A stretch of DNA of 64,000 nucleotides. Origin: Ideonella sp. (lineage in GTDB: Bacteria > Pseudomonadota > Gammaproteobacteria > Burkholderiales > Burkholderiaceae_C). Shown here in pieces: positions 49,433 through 58,491 of the stretch. The notes beneath the pieces are model-generated. The model did no database searches. It had not been told where the DNA came from and saw nothing but the letters and a program-made list of their open reading frames with translations. The first letter of the stretch is position 1; every line of letters begins with the position of its first letter. The stretch spans positions 989 through 64,988 of the forward strand of contig DATHWJ010000189.1 in assembly GCA_035460745.1 (NCBI GenBank). The letters run 5' to 3'. Made by a program: the position numbers and the translations under genes.

Positions 49433-50071
49433 TCAGGCGGCGGGCGGCCCCAGGTCGGCGGCACCCAGGCCGGGCTCGGACGAGCCGGTGCGGCGCAGGA
49501 TCGCCGTGAAGAGGATCTCCTTGAAGCGCTCGACCGGCACCGCGCTGCGCTGCGCCTTGGCCAGCAGGTTGGCACCCTGCTGAGAGGAGACGATGAAACC
49601 CGCCACCTCGTCGCAGTCGATGCTGGGCGCCAGCTCGCCGGCCTTCACCGCGGCCCGCAGGCAATAGGCGATGGCCTGCTGCACCTCGGCGAAGATCTCG
49701 ACCAGCCGCTGGCGCATCGCCTCGCTGTGCTCGCTCGCTTCGGCGGTGAAGTTGCCGAACAGGCAGCCGTTGCGCATGCCGTCGCAGTTGAGCTGCGCCT
49801 TGCCGGCATCGACGTAGGCGCGCAGGCGCTGCAGCGGCGGCAGCGCGTCGTTGCGCAGCGTCTGCTGCATCAGCTCGTGGGCGGCGGCGAAGTAGAGCTC
49901 GATGACCTCGAGGCCGAAGGCCTCCTTGGACACGAAGTGGTTGGTGAACGAGCCTTGCGGCACGCCGGCGGCCTGCACGATGTCGCGCACGCTGGCGCCG
50001 GCAAAGCCGCGCGCATGCACCACCTGCATGCCTGCCTGCAGGATCTTGTCGCGGTGGGAGGGCTTGGGCAT
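49433..50071 (-). CDS. TetR-family regulator (NemR-like)
   Basis: RGFAGASVRDIVQAAGVPQGSFTNHFVSKEAF, GCLFGN. Confidence 0.92.
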   Translation of the reverse strand: MPKPSHRDKILQAGMQVVHARGFAGASVRDIVQAAGVPQGSFTNHFVSKEAFGLEVIELYFAAAHELMQQTLRNDALPPLQRLRAYVDAGKAQLNCDGMRNGCLFGNFTAEASEHSEAMRQRLVEIFAEVQQAIAYCLRAAVKAGELAPSIDCDEVAGFIVSSQQGANLLAKAQRSAVPVERFKEILFTAILRRTGSSEPGLGAADLGPPAA

Positions 50072-50085
50072 GGCTGCGCTATTTT

Positions 50086-50103
50086 AATACAGTTGTACGT
50101 ATT
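50086..50103. promoter_or_regulatory. Putative TetR autoregulatory operator
   Basis: AATACAGTTGTACGTATT, 16/18 identical to 49389-49406, just upstream of the tetR start. Confidence 0.7.
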
Positions 50104-50109
50104 TGTCGG

Positions 50110-51177
50110 TCAAGCTGCGGGCGCGGTGCGCGGCGGCAGCCGCCGAGTCTCGCCGATCGCCAGCACGCCGAAGGCCTGGTCGGCCACGCCCTGCGCCGCC
50201 CGCGCGGCGGCCAGCGCCCGCGGCGGTTCGTCCAGCGCCTCGTCCGACAGCTCGAAGGTGCCCCAGTGCACGCCGAGCGACCACTTCGCGCCGAGGTCGC
50301 GGTGGATCTGCACGGCCTCGGCCGCATTGACGTGCTGCGGGGCCATGAACCAGCGCGGCTCGTAGGCGCCTATGGGCAGCAGCGCGACGTCGAAGCCGCC
50401 GCCGCAGGCCTCGCCCTGGCGTTCGGCCAGGCGCGCCCGCACGTCGGCGAAGTCGCGCGAATAGGCGGTGTCGCCGGCGTAGAAGAGATGGCAGTCGGCC
50501 GCGAAGACGGCGAAGCCGCCCCACAAGGTGGCCATGCGGTCGCCCAGGCCGCGTGCCGACCAGTGTTGCGACGGCAGCAGCATCACCTCGACCTCGCCGC
50601 CCGTGGTGGGCGATACCAGCCGGTGGCTCTGCCACCAGTCGAGCTCGACCGCGTGGCGCACGCCGCGCGCGGCCAGCCACGGCTTCAGCCCCAGCGGCAC
50701 CACGAACAGCGGCGGCCCGCCCGCTTGCCGGTTCAGCGCCTCGACCGACGCGGCATCGAGGTGGTCGTAATGGTTGTGCGAGGCCAGCACCAGGTCGACG
50801 CGCGGCAGATCGGGCAAGGCCACGCCGGGCGGGTGGTGGCGCCTGGGGCCGACGAAGGCGACCGGCGACGCGCGCTGCGAGAAGACCGGGTCGGTCAGCA
50901 CCGTCAACCCGCCCAGTTGCGCCAGCACGGTGGCATGGCCTATCCAGGTCACGTTCGGCTGCATGTCCCGGCCCGCCAGCGCGTTGCGCGCCAGGAAGGC
51001 CAGGTCGGCGGCCACCTTGGGGATGGGCGCTGCGGGCGGCGGCGGCAGGCCCTGGCGCGCGGCGTTCCAGCGCCAGCGCAGCACGTCGGCCAGGCTCTTG
51101 GGCTGGAACTCGACGTGGTTGTTCTGAAAGCCGCCGGGGCGGTGGTGGGGCTTGTCGGGGTCGTAGTAGGGGTTCAT
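50110..51177 (-). CDS. Metallo-beta-lactamase-fold hydrolase (NAPE-PLD/RomA-like)
   Basis: TWIGHAT, TDPVFS, SHNHYDHLD, HWSARG, AGDTAY, LPIGAYEP, HWGTF. Confidence 0.92.
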   Translation of the reverse strand: MNPYYDPDKPHHRPGGFQNNHVEFQPKSLADVLRWRWNAARQGLPPPPAAPIPKVAADLAFLARNALAGRDMQPNVTWIGHATVLAQLGGLTVLTDPVFSQRASPVAFVGPRRHHPPGVALPDLPRVDLVLASHNHYDHLDAASVEALNRQAGGPPLFVVPLGLKPWLAARGVRHAVELDWWQSHRLVSPTTGGEVEVMLLPSQHWSARGLGDRMATLWGGFAVFAADCHLFYAGDTAYSRDFADVRARLAERQGEACGGGFDVALLPIGAYEPRWFMAPQHVNAAEAVQIHRDLGAKWSLGVHWGTFELSDEALDEPPRALAAARAAQGVADQAFGVLAIGETRRLPPRTAPAA

Positions 51178-51318
51178 GGGCGCCGCGAGGGTGGGTCCCG
51201 AATCATGCCGTCAATGCGGGCATTCCCGCCTGCGCGCCCTTGCTTTTGATCCTAGTATCGCGATGTGTTTATCGTTTGCTAAATAAAAGAAGCCGCACGG
51301 GCTTCAGCCAGGAGACCC

Positions 51319-52305
51319 ATGAAATCCCCTTCCTTGTTCTCTTGCGTGGGCGGCGGCCTGCTGGCCCTGCTGGCCGCCGCGCTGCCGGCCCGCACGGCGC
51401 TCGCGGCCGACTTCCCCGACAAGCCCATCCGCCTGATCGTGCCGTCGGCGCCGGCCGGCGCGGCGGACTTCTTCTCGCGCATCGTCACCATGCCGCTGGG
51501 CCAGGCGCTGGGCCAGCCCGTGGTGATCGACAACAAGGCCGGCGCCTCGGGCACCATAGGCGCGGACATGGTGGCCAAGGCGGCACCCGACGGCTACACG
51601 CTGCTGATGGCGCAATCGACCAGCGTCGCGATCGCCCCGCACCTGTACAAGAAGATCGCCTACGACACGCTGAAGGATTTCATCCCGGTGACGCTGGTGG
51701 CGCTGGTGCCCAACATCCTGGTCGTCAACCCCAGCCTGCCCGTCAGCAACGTCAAGGAGCTGATCGCGCTGGCCAAGGCCAAGCCGGGCACGCTGAACTT
51801 CGGCTCGGCCGGCAGCGGCGCGCCCAGCCACCTGGCCGGCGAGATGTTCAAGGGCATGGCGGGCGTGGACATGGTGCACATCGCCTACAAGGGCGCCGGC
51901 CCGGCCGTCAACGCGCTGCTGTCGGGCGAGACCCAGGTGATGTTCGCGCCCATCGTCGCCGTGCTGCCGCAGGTCAAGGCGGGGCGCCTGAAGGCCATCG
52001 CGCTGACCTCGGCCCAGCCGTCGCCCGCGATGCCGGGGCTGCCGACCATAGGCCAGTCCTTGCCGGGCTACGAGATCAGCTCGTGGTTCGGCATCTTCGC
52101 GCCGGCCAAGACACCGGCCGCGGTGATCAACCGGCTGTACCAGGAGACCGCCAGGATCGTGAAGACGGCCGACATGCGGGAGCGCTTCGCCAAGGAGGGC
52201 GCGGAGGCCGTCGGCAACCCGCCCTCGGAGTTCGCCGCCTTCGTGCGCACCGAGTACACCCGCTTTGAAAAGGTCGTGAAGGACTCCGGCGCGACCATCG
52301 ATTGA
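51319..52305 (+). CDS. Bug/TctC substrate-binding protein
   Basis: IVPSAPAGAAD, IDNKAGASG, HIAYKGAGPA. Confidence 0.94.
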   Translation: MKSPSLFSCVGGGLLALLAAALPARTALAADFPDKPIRLIVPSAPAGAADFFSRIVTMPLGQALGQPVVIDNKAGASGTIGADMVAKAAPDGYTLLMAQSTSVAIAPHLYKKIAYDTLKDFIPVTLVALVPNILVVNPSLPVSNVKELIALAKAKPGTLNFGSAGSGAPSHLAGEMFKGMAGVDMVHIAYKGAGPAVNALLSGETQVMFAPIVAVLPQVKAGRLKAIALTSAQPSPAMPGLPTIGQSLPGYEISSWFGIFAPAKTPAAVINRLYQETARIVKTADMRERFAKEGAEAVGNPPSEFAAFVRTEYTRFEKVVKDSGATID

Positions 52306-52394
52306 GCGGACCGGCGAAGACCTCGCCATCTCCCGCTCCTGCTCCCACTCCGGCATCGCGCCCCGGCCGATGCCCTCGAACAAGGACCACCGAC

Positions 52395-52874
52395 ATGACC
52401 ACCCCCCAGCAAACCGCCGAGCAAGACGTGCCGGTGGCCAAGGCCAAGAACGAAGGCGCCGTGCTCGCCGGCAACGGCCGCTACATCTTCAACCTGAGCG
52501 AGATGGCCGGCATGGACGCTGGCAAAGGCTACTCCACCGCATTCGGGCCGGTGGTGGAGGGCGAGCGCATGCAGGTGGGGCTGATCAACAAGACCAAGGG
52601 CACCGGCGCCCGCCCGCACACCCACCCGAACGAGCAGTGGAACTTCATCGTCAAGGGCACCCTGCGCGTCAAGGTCGGCGACCAGCCCGAGCAGCTCTGC
52701 GGCCCGGGCACGGTGCTGTACTTCCCGGCCAACATGGTCCACTCCACCGTGGCCACGCCCGACGAAGACGTGGTCTTCTTCACCGTCAAGGATCTCTCGC
52801 ACGGCATCCACGGCAAGGCGGTCGATGGCGAGACGACCGGCGGGCACTTCGACACCGGCTTCGAGCGCAAGTGA
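52395..52874 (+). CDS. Cupin domain protein
   Basis: PHTHPNEQW..G and FPANMVHS metal-binding cupin motifs. Confidence 0.9.
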   Translation: MTTPQQTAEQDVPVAKAKNEGAVLAGNGRYIFNLSEMAGMDAGKGYSTAFGPVVEGERMQVGLINKTKGTGARPHTHPNEQWNFIVKGTLRVKVGDQPEQLCGPGTVLYFPANMVHSTVATPDEDVVFFTVKDLSHGIHGKAVDGETTGGHFDTGFERK

Positions 52875-52981
52875 GCCGTGCGGCCGGCCGGGCCACAGTG
52901 CGCGGTATGATGTCGATAACTTATCAATAGATAAAGAGACGGTCCGCAGGCCGGCTCTCGCGGGAGAACGGATTGAGTGTG

Positions 52982-53884
52982 ATGAAGACGCAAGAGGCTG
53001 GCGCGCAGCGCGTGGCGGTCGGCATGCTGGGCCTGGGCATCATGGGCTCGGCGATGACGGCCAACCTGGTGAAGGCCGGCTTCGACGTGACCGGCTACGA
53101 CCCGGTCGCCGCCGCCCGCGGGCGGCTGCTGACCGACGGCGGCCACCCGGTGGCCGACGCGCTGGACGCCATCCGGCCGGCGCGCTTCCTGCTGCTGTCA
53201 CTGCCCAGCGAAGCGGCGCTGGAGAGCGTCACGGCGCAGATCGCCGAGGCGGGCCAGCCGGGCCTGATCGTCGCCGAGACCAGCACCCTGCCGGTGGAAG
53301 CCAAGCAGCGCGCCCACGATGCCCTGCAGGCCCGCGGCATCACGCTGTTGGACTGCCCGCTCTCCGGCACCGGCGCGCAGGCCATCACCCGCGACCTCGC
53401 GGTCTACGCCAGCGGCGACGCCGCGGCCATCGCCGACATGCAGCCGGTGTTCGACGGCTTCGCCCGAGTGACCTACGTGATCGGCGCCTTCGGCCAGGGC
53501 ATGCAGATGAAGCTGATGGCCAACCTGCTGGTGTCCATCCACAACGTCTCGACCGCCGAAGCCCTGCTGATGGGCTCGCGCATGGGCATAGACATGGACA
53601 TCGCGGTGAAGGTGCTGGCCGACGGCGCCGGCGGCTCGCGCATGCTCGAGGTGCGCGGCCCGCTGATGAGCGCGCGCAGCTGGGATCAGGCGACGATGAA
53701 GGTCTCGACCTGGCAGAAGGACATCAAGCTCATTGCTGCGGCCTTGGAGTCTGCCAACGTGCCGGCGCCGCTGTTCAATGCAGCCATCCCGATCTACAAC
53801 GCGGCGATGGGGATGGGGCATGGGGATGCGGATACGGCGTCGGTGTATGACGTGCTGGAGCGGATGTCGTCTTTGAGGCGTTGA
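52982..53884 (+). CDS. NAD(P)-dependent beta-hydroxyacid dehydrogenase (3-hydroxyisobutyrate DH family)
   Basis: GLGIMG, DCPLSG, MKLMANL, KDIKL. Confidence 0.9.
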   Translation: MKTQEAGAQRVAVGMLGLGIMGSAMTANLVKAGFDVTGYDPVAAARGRLLTDGGHPVADALDAIRPARFLLLSLPSEAALESVTAQIAEAGQPGLIVAETSTLPVEAKQRAHDALQARGITLLDCPLSGTGAQAITRDLAVYASGDAAAIADMQPVFDGFARVTYVIGAFGQGMQMKLMANLLVSIHNVSTAEALLMGSRMGIDMDIAVKVLADGAGGSRMLEVRGPLMSARSWDQATMKVSTWQKDIKLIAAALESANVPAPLFNAAIPIYNAAMGMGHGDADTASVYDVLERMSSLRR

Positions 53885-53913
53885 GCTTCTTGTGAGGCTC
53901 ATTGGTGTGGAGA

Positions 53914-54227
53914 GGCCGAGGCCGCCGGGTGGCCAACTCCGCTCATGTCCCCCGACCCTGGTGCCGCTGCCGCGGCACCAGGGTCTCCTCCTTTACTTCG
54001 CTGCGTTGGCCACCCGACGCCCTCGGCCCGACGCACTGCGCATTTGCGACCGTCAACAGCCACGCTGCTGCCCGATCGGGACGGTGGGGCGTGCTGCGAA
54101 GTGAAGTATTAGGAGGAGGAGCGGAGCGACGGGGGAGTGAGCCCGGACACAAACGGTCCAGTGGACCGTTTGTGCCTGGCGAACGCCCGGGGCTCCGTCC
54201 CCGGGCATGAACGGAGCAGCATGCCCC
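53914..54227. repeat. Pair of oppositely oriented structured palindromic repeat elements, one with a nested palindrome
   Basis: Multiple long stems (14 bp at 53954-53985, 12 bp at 53926/54016, 13 bp at 54148-54174, 12 bp with one G-T pair at 54086/54227) with shared purine-rich linkers. Confidence 0.75.
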
Positions 54228-54306
54228 GGCGGCTCGATCGTGTATCGACATCGGCAAGCCTTTGCCGAGAGGAGCGCCGACCGAAGCCACGCCTCAGCCC
54301 TGAGCC

Positions 54307-55362
54307 CTAAGCCCGCATCGCCCCCACCGCATCGAACAACGCGCGAATCACCTCCGCGCGGATGTTGCGCGTGATGAAGACGAGCCGCGTTTCCTGGTCG
54401 TCGCTCGGCCATCGATCGAGGGTGACGGGCGGATGCATGATGTGCTGGACCGCCTGCACCACGACAGGCTGGCCCTCGACGTTGACGATGCCTTTGACGC
54501 GCAGCAGATCGGGGCCGCGCAGGCTGATGACCATGTCCATCGCGGCGGCGAAGCTGGTCCAGTCGAAGGGTTTGTCGAAGCGCAGTGAGAGGGTGCGCAC
54601 GGCGGAGTCGTGCTGGGCGGGCAGGCGCTGGCCGAGGTAGGCGCCGCTGCTGCTGCCGGCCTCGGCGCGCTGCGGGTCGAGCTCGCCGAGGAAGCGCAGG
54701 GTGCCGCTGCCGGCGCGGGCGCTGGCGAGTCCCAGGCCGATCAGCTCTGCGGGTTCGAGGTCGCCTTGGTGGCTGTGGCGGAGGGCGGCATGGCTGTTGA
54801 TGGTCTGCAGTGCTGCGAGCAGCGGTTCGACGGCTTCGGGTGCGGCCAGGTCTTCCTTGGTGATGACGATCAGGTCGGCCACGGCGGCCTGTTTCTCCGC
54901 CTCGGGGCTGTCGGTCAACTGGCGCAGGCCGTTGACGGCATCGACCAGCGTCACCACGCCATCGAGCCGGTACTGTGCGCCCAGCAGGGTGTCGCTGGCG
55001 AGGGTCTGTATCACCGGCGACGGGTCGGCCAGGCCGCTGGTCTCTATCACCACGCGGTCGAAGTCGGCGATCTGGCCGGCGCGGCGTTGCCCGAAGAGCT
55101 GGCGCAGCGTGTCCTGCAGGTCGGTGCGCACGGTGCAGCACAGGCAGCCGTTGGCCAGCAGGCTGACGTTTTCGGTCGACATCGCGACCAGGTCGTGGTC
55201 GATGCCGATCTCGCCGACCTCGTTGATCACCACCGCGACGCGGTTCATCGCGGGGTGCCGCAGCAGCCGGCCGATCAGCGTGGTCTTGCCGCTGCCGAGA
55301 AAGCCGGTGATCAGCGTGACCGGCAGCTTGCCGGCCAGCGGGTCGCGGGAGGGGCTGCTCAT
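54307..55362 (-). CDS. COG0523/CobW-family G3E GTPase metallochaperone
   Basis: GFLGSGKTT, INEVGE, NGCLCCT, IETSGLA, LLRVKG. Confidence 0.95.
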   Translation of the reverse strand: MSSPSRDPLAGKLPVTLITGFLGSGKTTLIGRLLRHPAMNRVAVVINEVGEIGIDHDLVAMSTENVSLLANGCLCCTVRTDLQDTLRQLFGQRRAGQIADFDRVVIETSGLADPSPVIQTLASDTLLGAQYRLDGVVTLVDAVNGLRQLTDSPEAEKQAAVADLIVITKEDLAAPEAVEPLLAALQTINSHAALRHSHQGDLEPAELIGLGLASARAGSGTLRFLGELDPQRAEAGSSSGAYLGQRLPAQHDSAVRTLSLRFDKPFDWTSFAAAMDMVISLRGPDLLRVKGIVNVEGQPVVVQAVQHIMHPPVTLDRWPSDDQETRLVFITRNIRAEVIRALFDAVGAMRA

Positions 55363-55373
55363 GGCGCTGCTGA

Positions 55374-56627
55374 TCAGATGTTCATTTCCAGGATGTACAG
55401 GCCGCCGCCGAAACGGTCGATGGTGTAGACGATGCGCCGGTCGTCGACATAGACGTCGTTGAGCTGGATCGCGCCGGCCGGCGAGAGCTTGGGCGCGCCG
55501 GGCACGTAGTAGGCCACCTCCTCGACCTGGTAGGGGTTGGTCGTGTCGTAGACCCTGACGCCGCCGTTGAAGAAGGTGCCGATGATGAGGGTGTCCGAGC
55601 GGAAGGACTGCGGCAGCGGCAGGTTCTCGTGCAGGTTGTGCGCGCCGAAGCGGCCGCCGCGCTTCTTGAAGACCTCCACCGGCGGCATCGGGAAGGTGGA
55701 GATGGGCACCGGGTTGGCCTCCGAGCGGGCGTCCACCACCCAGACCAGCTTGGGCCAGTCGGCGCCGTTGTCCTGCACGCACTCGTCGCTGACGATCCAC
55801 AGGCCGCGCTCGAACAGCGGCAGCACGGTGTGGGTGAAGCCGTTGAACGGGGGCGAGTGGTTCCAGCTTGAGACGACGCGGATGTCGGCCTTGTCGGAGA
55901 TGTCCAGCACCACGGCGCCGCCGTCGATGTAGCCGACGTAGGCGCGGTCGGGCTGCTGCGGGAAGACGTTGGTGTTGTGCGCCCGGAAGCCGGTGTCGAA
56001 GGGCTTGGGCAGGCGGGCCGGCTGCGGCGCGCTGTCGCCGACGCGGGTGCCGGGCATCCACCAGCGGCCGGCCTCGACCGGGCGGGTGGGGTCGCTGACG
56101 TCGACGATGCGGTAGAACTGGTCGTCCAGCGGGTTGTGCGGCTGGAAGTCGGGGGCACCCGAAGCCATGTGCACGGTCTTGCCATCGACGAACCACAGAG
56201 CATGCACGCCGCGCGACCAGGTCCCGGAGCAGTCGAAGTGCGAGATCAGCTTCGGGTGCCCCGGCGTGCCGATGTCGAAGAGATCGAAGCCCGCCGGCTT
56301 CATGCCCGGCTCCAGCACCTGGTAGGCCACGGCCATCAGGTTGCCCGAGACGTCCAGCGAGTTGGAGCGCACCTTCATGTGCGGCAGCTCGGTCTGAACC
56401 AGCAGGCGCGGCTCGCGCGGGTCGGTCACGTCGAGCGCGGTGAAGTTCTTGGGCGCCGACTCGTGCGCCAGCCAGATCACGCGCCGGCCGTCGTCGGTGA
56501 CCTGCATCGCGATGCCTTCGCCCAGGCCGCCGAAACCGGCAAGCTCGTGGTGCGCCAGCAGCGTCATGTTGTGGGCGAGGCTCTGCTCGGGCCGGCCGGC
56601 CGGGGTAGGGGAATGGAAGGCGGACAA
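55374..56627 (-). CDS. LVIVD-repeat-like beta-propeller protein, His-rich
   Basis: Repeats ALDVTDPREP, LFDIGTPGHP, IVDVSDPTRP, VLDISD, VVDARSEANP, VYDTTNPYQV; start may be later (MTLLAHH). Confidence 0.85.
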   Translation of the reverse strand: MSAFHSPTPAGRPEQSLAHNMTLLAHHELAGFGGLGEGIAMQVTDDGRRVIWLAHESAPKNFTALDVTDPREPRLLVQTELPHMKVRSNSLDVSGNLMAVAYQVLEPGMKPAGFDLFDIGTPGHPKLISHFDCSGTWSRGVHALWFVDGKTVHMASGAPDFQPHNPLDDQFYRIVDVSDPTRPVEAGRWWMPGTRVGDSAPQPARLPKPFDTGFRAHNTNVFPQQPDRAYVGYIDGGAVVLDISDKADIRVVSSWNHSPPFNGFTHTVLPLFERGLWIVSDECVQDNGADWPKLVWVVDARSEANPVPISTFPMPPVEVFKKRGGRFGAHNLHENLPLPQSFRSDTLIIGTFFNGGVRVYDTTNPYQVEEVAYYVPGAPKLSPAGAIQLNDVYVDDRRIVYTIDRFGGGLYILEMNI

Positions 56628-56716
56628 AGGCGTCTCCGGGTTTTAATTTATCGATCGATAGTATACGATGGCAAAACCGTTAGGCAATGACCGCGGACCC
56701 ACTGATGGAGACACCG

Positions 56717-57697
56717 ATGTTCACTCGAAAGATCGCCCGCCTGGGCCTGGCCCTGCTGATGTCTTGGCTCGCAGGGGGCGCGGCCCCCGCCTGGGCGCAG
56801 GCCTACCCGAACCGCGTCATCCACCTCGTCGTCACCTACCCGCCCGGCGGCGCCTCCGACCTGATGGCCCGCGTGCTGGGCGAGAAGCTGGGCCAGCTGT
56901 GGAAGCAGACGGTGATCATCGACAACCGCCCCGGTGCCGGCGGCAGCATGGGCACCGACTACGCCGCGCGCCAGCCGGCCGACGGCTACACCTTCCTGGT
57001 CGGCAACATGGGCCCTTCGCTGGTCAACCCGCTGCTGTCCAAGCTGCCCTACGACATGGCCAAGGACTTCATCCCGGTCTCGCTGATCGCGACCGGCCCG
57101 GTGGTGCTGGTCGTCAACGGCAGCTCGCCCTACAAGACCCTGCAGGACGTGGTGGCGGCCGAGCGCGCCAAGCCCGGCACGCTGAACTTCGGGTCCGGCG
57201 GCACCGGCACGCTGGCACAGCTGGCCGGCGAGATGCTGAACCACGCCGCCGGCATCCAGATGCAGCACGTGCCCTACAAGGGCGGCATCGCGGCCGTCAA
57301 CGACGTGCTGGCCGCGCAGCTCGACATGGTCGCGGCCGACCCGCAGGCGGTCGTGCAGCACATCAAGAGCGGCAAGCTGCGGGCGCTGGCGGTCAGCAGC
57401 GCCAAGCGCATGCCCAGCCTGCCCAGCGTGCCCACCTTCACCGAGAGCGGCATGCCGGAGCTGGTGGCGCTGAACTCCTGGGGGGTCTACCTGCCGGCCG
57501 CGACGCCCAAGCCGGTGGTCGAGGCCTTCGAGGCCGGCTTGAGCAAGGCGATGAAGGACCCGGAGCTGGTGAAGCGCTACACCGAGCTGGGTGTCGAGAC
57601 GCTGAACAGCAGCGCCGAGGAGCTGCGTGCCTTCAACGCCGCCGAGGTCGTGAAGTACGCCAGGATCATCAAAGAGAAGAACATCCGCGCCGACTGA
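56717..57697 (+). CDS. Bug/TctC substrate-binding protein
   Basis: YPPGGASDLMAR, IDNRPGAGG, HVPYKGG. Confidence 0.94.
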   Translation: MFTRKIARLGLALLMSWLAGGAAPAWAQAYPNRVIHLVVTYPPGGASDLMARVLGEKLGQLWKQTVIIDNRPGAGGSMGTDYAARQPADGYTFLVGNMGPSLVNPLLSKLPYDMAKDFIPVSLIATGPVVLVVNGSSPYKTLQDVVAAERAKPGTLNFGSGGTGTLAQLAGEMLNHAAGIQMQHVPYKGGIAAVNDVLAAQLDMVAADPQAVVQHIKSGKLRALAVSSAKRMPSLPSVPTFTESGMPELVALNSWGVYLPAATPKPVVEAFEAGLSKAMKDPELVKRYTELGVETLNSSAEELRAFNAAEVVKYARIIKEKNIRAD

Positions 57698-57728
57698 CGC
57701 TCCCCTTTTCTTCATCACAGGAGTCTTC

Positions 57729-58478
57729 ATGCCCAACCAGGTCATGCTCATCACCGGCGCCGGTCGCGGCATCGGTGCCGCACTCGCCAAGCTCGCTGCG
57801 CAGCGCGGCTATTCGGTGGCGGTGAACTATGCACAGAACTCGGCGGCGGCCGAAGCCGTTGTCCGCGAGATCATCGCCGCCGACGGCGAGGCCGTCGCGA
57901 TCCAGGCCGATGTGTCGCAGGCTTCGGGTGCCGCCCATCTCTTCGAGCAGGTCGATCAACACTTCGGCCGCATCGACGTGCTGGTCAACAACGCCGGCAT
58001 CGTCGGCCGCACCGCGCTGATCGACGAGATGGACGCCGCCTCGCTGGCGCAGGTCTTCGCGACCAACGTCTACAGCTATTTCTACTGCGCCGGCGAGGCG
58101 GTCAAGCGCATGTCCACGCGGCACGGCGGGCCGGGCGGGGTGATCGTCAACCTCTCTTCCGCGGCGGCGCGGCATGGCGGCTTCCCGAAGGAGATCGCCT
58201 ATGCGTCCAGCAAGGGCGCGGTGGACGCCTTCACGCTGGGCCTGGCCAAGGAGCTCGGGCGCGACGGCATCCGCGTCAACGCGCTGCGGCCCGGCATCAT
58301 AGCGACCGAGATGCACGATGCCCATGGCGGCAAGGCGACCATCGATGCCGTCGGCGCCACGGTGCCCATAGGCAGGGCAGGCACCGCCAACGAAGTGGCC
58401 GAAGCCGTGCTGTGGCTCGCATCGCCGGCCTCGTCCTACGTGCACGGCGCCTTGATCGACGTCTCCGGCGGCCGCTGA
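57729..58478 (+). CDS. Short-chain dehydrogenase/reductase
   Basis: TGAGRGIG, NNAG, YASSK. Confidence 0.95.
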   Translation: MPNQVMLITGAGRGIGAALAKLAAQRGYSVAVNYAQNSAAAEAVVREIIAADGEAVAIQADVSQASGAAHLFEQVDQHFGRIDVLVNNAGIVGRTALIDEMDAASLAQVFATNVYSYFYCAGEAVKRMSTRHGGPGGVIVNLSSAAARHGGFPKEIAYASSKGAVDAFTLGLAKELGRDGIRVNALRPGIIATEMHDAHGGKATIDAVGATVPIGRAGTANEVAEAVLWLASPASSYVHGALIDVSGGR

Positions 58479-58491
58479 AGGAGGGGCTCAC

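Noticed and set aside
53914-54227. Possible CRISPR array or tRNA in the hairpin-rich gap
   Set aside because: No regularly spaced identical repeats with unique spacers, no cas genes, and no cloverleaf or TTCGA arm recognised.
53892-54290. Short ORFs in the 53.9-54.3 kb gap
   Set aside because: They translate palindromic repeat DNA and show no protein-like features.
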